29,355 bases of DNA from a virus, in the UHGV virus genome UHGV-0194501. One strand, written 5' to 3'. A program made the translations under genes and the position numbers. The stretch's first letter is position 1. Each line of letters begins with the position of its first letter. Positions 26,191 through 29,355 of the stretch are shown here, piece after piece. The notes beneath the pieces were generated by a model. That model saw only the letters and a list, made by a program, of their open reading frames with translations, ran no database searches and had not been told where the DNA came from.

Positions 26191-26553
26191 TCAAAAAAAT
26201 TTTCGATCAAAAATCCCGATCAGCTGCGCAAGCATGATACGCAGGTATGGCGGCGTGCGATTAATCTCCGCTTCCCATGCCTGCAAAGTGCGGCGCGGGA
26301 TGCAGTACCTATCACAAAATCCCATCTGAGACAGTCCGAGCCGCTTTCGGACGTCTCGCACACTGAGATGCGCGACGTCCCATATGCTTTCCAGCTGATC
26401 CAGCAGATAAAGATCGGGATCGGCGTCGTCCGGGATATCGTCCTGCTCGATCTCGGCACCGTGATGCATCCAGTAGTCCAAAAACGCGTCCCGGCCATCG
26501 GCCGGGAGCGACACTGCATGGGAAAATATATCATGGAATTGTTTGTCATCCAT
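26191..26553 (-). CDS. XRE HTH protein with acidic N-terminal domain (Aca-like repressor candidate)
   Basis: VRKRLGLSQMGFCDRYCIPRRTLQAWE...TPPYLRIML; last gene of the operon from promoter A. Confidence 0.8.
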   Translation of the reverse strand: MDDKQFHDIFSHAVSLPADGRDAFLDYWMHHGAEIEQDDIPDDADPDLYLLDQLESIWDVAHLSVRDVRKRLGLSQMGFCDRYCIPRRTLQAWEAEINRTPPYLRIMLAQLIGIFDRKFF

Positions 26554-27397
26554 GGGAGATCACCTCAAACATTCCGGGAGTAGCCCCAACACCTGGGAAA
26601 ATATCGCTGTCATTTTGGGCGGATTGCCATGCACTGGATACGTCGCCGAGGTCGTCAAAGCGCACCCCCTGTATAACAATTTGTACGTCCGTACCGCGCT
26701 GTGTACGCCCAATTTTTTTCAAAGATTTGCAAAGGTTTTCCATCTCATCCTCCGAGAGGGAGGCCACGACATACATGCGCATTTTCCATCCAGCAGCGGC
26801 AGCGAAACTCTCGACCTCCCCGTACAGGAAATCGTCCAAATTTCCATCTTCGCAATATTCTGTTAATTCCTGCCAAAAACGGCGCTCTACATTTTTTACT
26901 GCTGGCACGTCTCTGTGCTGGATGAGCGCATCCGGCACCCATGCCCAGATGCTGTCTTCGTCGGGATCAAGATGACTTGCAATTGCGTCAGAAAATGACA
27001 TCCACGCTTGTTTTCCAAGCATTTCCATTGCGTTTGCGGATTCGATGCTGGCAGCCATGTCGTAGTACAGCTGCTCCATCACATAGCGGATCGGGTGCGC
27101 GTACATATCGAGACGGCCGCGCACCGCTTCCATGGCTTTCAGCCCGGTCTTTGCATACTGCGGATCGTGTACCGCTTTTCTGGCCCAGTCTTTATACTCC
27201 GCACGCGGCATCTGGAAAAAGAAAGCGCCGTCCACGTATGCCGTGGATGTATGATCGAAGCCCGTGCGCGCGTCGTGCAGATGGACACGAAAGCGAAGCT
27301 GATCCAGATAGTCGGTATCCGCAAAATCCATCGTCCCGGCGTCCGTATCCCACAGGTCGATAATCTCCCAGGGCGATAATCTTTTAATTTTTTCCAT
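26546..27397 (-). CDS. Acidic hypothetical protein (283 aa), anti-defence candidate
   Basis: RBS AAAGGA; D/E-rich; N-terminal ~100 aa resemble the upstream ORF. Confidence 0.75.
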   Translation of the reverse strand: MEKIKRLSPWEIIDLWDTDAGTMDFADTDYLDQLRFRVHLHDARTGFDHTSTAYVDGAFFFQMPRAEYKDWARKAVHDPQYAKTGLKAMEAVRGRLDMYAHPIRYVMEQLYYDMAASIESANAMEMLGKQAWMSFSDAIASHLDPDEDSIWAWVPDALIQHRDVPAVKNVERRFWQELTEYCEDGNLDDFLYGEVESFAAAAGWKMRMYVVASLSEDEMENLCKSLKKIGRTQRGTDVQIVIQGVRFDDLGDVSSAWQSAQNDSDIFPGVGATPGMFEVISHG

Positions 27398-27462
27398 GAT
27401 TTAACATCCTTTCTCAATGTGGCATCCCGGGGGCTTTCGCCCCCGGTGCGCTGTCTCTTTCT

Positions 27463-27798
27463 TTATCCGATACGATCCAGGGCTTTCAGCGTGCTTTCGT
27501 CCGGATCGAACTCTTCGCCCCAGTACTCGCAGTAGGCATCCAATTTTTGGTTCAGATCGTCTTTCACTTCGTCGAGGTAGTCCACCCAGTCCGGATTTTC
27601 GTCCGTCATCATGTCGTAGAACTCGTCCTCGCTCATGTCCTTCACATAAGCGCCGCGTCCGCTGCTGTACTCGATCTTTTCGCCGTCTTTGCTGACCAGC
27701 GTGACGTATACCCAAAGGTATCCATCGTAGTCGATTTCAAAGCTGCCGCAGTGAGTGCTCCAAAGATTTTTGACCTGCTCCAAAGTGAGATTTTTCAT
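27463..27798 (-). CDS. Small, highly acidic protein (111 aa), Acr / DNA-mimic candidate
   Basis: RBS AAAGGA; rich in D/E and aromatic residues; first gene after promoter A. Confidence 0.8.
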   Translation of the reverse strand: MKNLTLEQVKNLWSTHCGSFEIDYDGYLWVYVTLVSKDGEKIEYSSGRGAYVKDMSEDEFYDMMTDENPDWVDYLDEVKDDLNQKLDAYCEYWGEEFDPDESTLKALDRIG

Positions 27799-27847
27799 GA
27801 TTATGCATCCTTTCTTTTGAGGGAATTTATTTTGTTTCTCTCCCTCT

Positions 27848-27886
27848 CTGTGATTATATTATAGCACATAATATGTGCTATGTCAA
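27848..27886 (-). promoter_or_regulatory. Consensus promoter with palindromic operator (copy A)
   Basis: 38/39 bp identical to 26126-26164; 21-bp palindrome ATAGCACATA-A-TATGTGCTAT. Confidence 0.88.
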
Positions 27887-28065
27887 TAGCTTTTACGAAA
27901 AAACTTAAAAAAATTTTTCTTCCATCAATTACCAAAAAAGCAAATCCAAATCGGTTTTTGCCGCACTTTTTGCCGCACTTTTGCCGCACTTTTGACCTTT
28001 GCCGCACCCCTGCCGCAGCCGTTTTGCACCCAAATGCACCTATTTTCCCCTTTGAAAAACGCTGC

Positions 28066-28106
28066 AAAAAAAGCCGATCTGCCGCGATATACCGCGACAA
28101 ATCGGC
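28066..28106 (-). terminator. Intrinsic terminator downstream of the tRNA fragment and integrase
   Basis: Minus strand: GCCGATTTGTCGCG-gtatat-CGCGGCAGATCGGC-T7. Confidence 0.75.
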
Positions 28107-28116
28107 GTTTTTGGCT

Positions 28117-28168
28117 TGGAGCTGGTGGACGGGCTCGAACCCCCGACCTGCTGATTACAAATCAGCTG
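28117..28168 (-). tRNA. 3' part of tRNA-Thr(UGU) forming the attP core (not a full tRNA)
   Basis: CAGCTGATTTGTAATCAGCAGGTCGGGGGTTCGAGCCCGTCCACCAGCTCCA: anticodon arm with TGT, T-arm GGTTCGA and 3' CCA; no D-arm or 5' acceptor strand. Confidence 0.9.
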
Positions 28169-28217
28169 GGTGCTTTGCCCTTTTTCGCATGATACCGGGA
28201 AAAACGGGGCTTCCATT

Positions 28218-29318
28218 TTAGCCGTGCCGCACTTTTGCCGCACTTTCAGAATTTCCCTTTTCCCTGTAAGCACGCAGGGATTTTACGGCGTTTTCTTCCA
28301 TCTCCGGCGTGAAGTGGGTGTACACATTTGCCGTCATTTTTATGTCACTATGTCCCAAAAGTACCTTCGCGACGTTGAGCGGGACACCAGCCGCTTGCAT
28401 ATCGGTGGCAAAAGTGTGGCGCAGGCAGTATGGCGATAGATCGTCCGCAAGCCTTGAGATCATGATGCGATTTCGGTACAGCTGCGCGCCCATCTCGATA
28501 TCCAGCGCGCGGCGGAAGCTTTTCCACATACGCTGCACCCGGTCGTGCGTCATGGGGGATACACCGTCGGACATTGTAAAAATTTGGATTGAGAGGGTTT
28601 TTCTTTTGGCCGCGCGAAGATCGTCCAGCAGCTCATCCGGGATCGGCACGCGACGCACACCGGCACGCGTCTTGGTCGTCTGCCGCCCGATGGAGTGAGA
28701 GACAGACAAAAGCGCGTGCGGAAAGTCCACATCCGACCAGCGCAGATCGGCAGCCTCGGACGGACGCAGTCCGCAGTACAGCATGAGCTTGATCCACAAG
28801 CCGGCCGGGTGATCCTCCGCGACTTTGAGGATGGCGGCGCGCTCGGCGTCGGTGATCGATCGGTGCGTACCGGCGACCGCTTCCGGCGCCTTCAGCCCGC
28901 GAGCGGGATTTTTCTGCAAAATGTCATCATTTACCGCTGATTCAAAAATTTGCATCATGGTCATGTGGATTTTCTGCACCTGGCTATGGCTTTCTCCCGC
29001 GTGCGCTGACAGTATCCGCGCGCAGTGGCTGCGGCGGATATCCGCCAGCCGGATCGCCCCCAGCACGGGATCGAGGTGCTTCCGCACGATCGTCTCGTAC
29101 ATCCGTACGGACTTTTTCACGACCGTCCCGCGCTTATAGGTATCGAGCCAGTGCTCGGCATAGTCGTCGAAGCGTGTGCGGTCATTTAGCACAGCAATTC
29201 CATTTTCTACCTTGATTTGCGCTTCCAGCACCTTTTTGTCCAGCTCCGCTTGACTGTCCGCCCGGATGGTCATCCGCCGGCCTCCCGGCAGCGTGATATC
29301 TTTTCTAAATTTTTGCAT
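28218..29318 (-). CDS. int: Tyrosine integrase
   Basis: GLRPSE, CLRHT, LLGH, VYTH catalytic motifs; RBS AAAGGAG; adjacent to attP. Confidence 0.95.
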   Translation of the reverse strand: MQKFRKDITLPGGRRMTIRADSQAELDKKVLEAQIKVENGIAVLNDRTRFDDYAEHWLDTYKRGTVVKKSVRMYETIVRKHLDPVLGAIRLADIRRSHCARILSAHAGESHSQVQKIHMTMMQIFESAVNDDILQKNPARGLKAPEAVAGTHRSITDAERAAILKVAEDHPAGLWIKLMLYCGLRPSEAADLRWSDVDFPHALLSVSHSIGRQTTKTRAGVRRVPIPDELLDDLRAAKRKTLSIQIFTMSDGVSPMTHDRVQRMWKSFRRALDIEMGAQLYRNRIMISRLADDLSPYCLRHTFATDMQAAGVPLNVAKVLLGHSDIKMTANVYTHFTPEMEENAVKSLRAYREKGNSESAAKVRHG

Positions 29319-29355
29319 TTTTGTGCTCCTTTCCGCTTGACATTTCGCGCTTTAT

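Larger units (their letters stand above)
27959..28243. repeat. Integrase arm-type binding repeats TGCCGCAC flanking the att core
   Basis: Copies at 27959, 27971, 27982, 28000, 28011 (variant), 28225 and 28236. Confidence 0.75.
1..29355. mobile_element. Temperate siphovirus (HK97-like head, long non-contractile tail), apparently complete excised genome
   Basis: All modules are present in canonical order (lysogeny, replication, packaging, head, tail, lysis, integrase). There is a single intact attP and no host genes. Confidence 0.93.

Noticed and set aside
27959..28018. TGCCGCAC repeats as a CRISPR array or replication iterons
   Set aside because: Too short, no spacers, and they flank the att core on both sides as integrase arm sites do.
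28117..28168. Functional phage tRNA gene
   Set aside because: The 5' acceptor strand and D-arm are missing; it is the att core.

Overview
The window looks like a complete, compact (~29.4 kb) temperate siphovirus of a Firmicutes host (Clostridia-like, inferred from gene families and RBS/promoter style), in its excised, probably circular form. In order it carries: cI/cro switch, early and replication genes (NinB-like, SSB, replication initiator, RusA), late activator, HNH, HK97-type head, long non-contractile tail with a -1 frameshift chaperone, M23 endolysin and holin, an accessory region, attP (3' half of tRNA-Thr(UGU) with arm repeats) and a tyrosine integrase. The most interesting part is 25.3-27.9 kb, between the holin and attP, which resembles an anti-CRISPR/anti-defence island. 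It has two near-identical consensus promoters with a palindromic operator, two diverged paralogous acidic proteins, an Aca-like HTH protein and a Zn-binding protein. It also has a separately promoted non-coding RNA holding one type I-E-like CRISPR repeat, whose terminator hairpin lies exactly one repeat+spacer period (61 nt) downstream, and this RNA converges on a second structured sRNA. All functional calls come from motif recognition by eye; no database searches were run.
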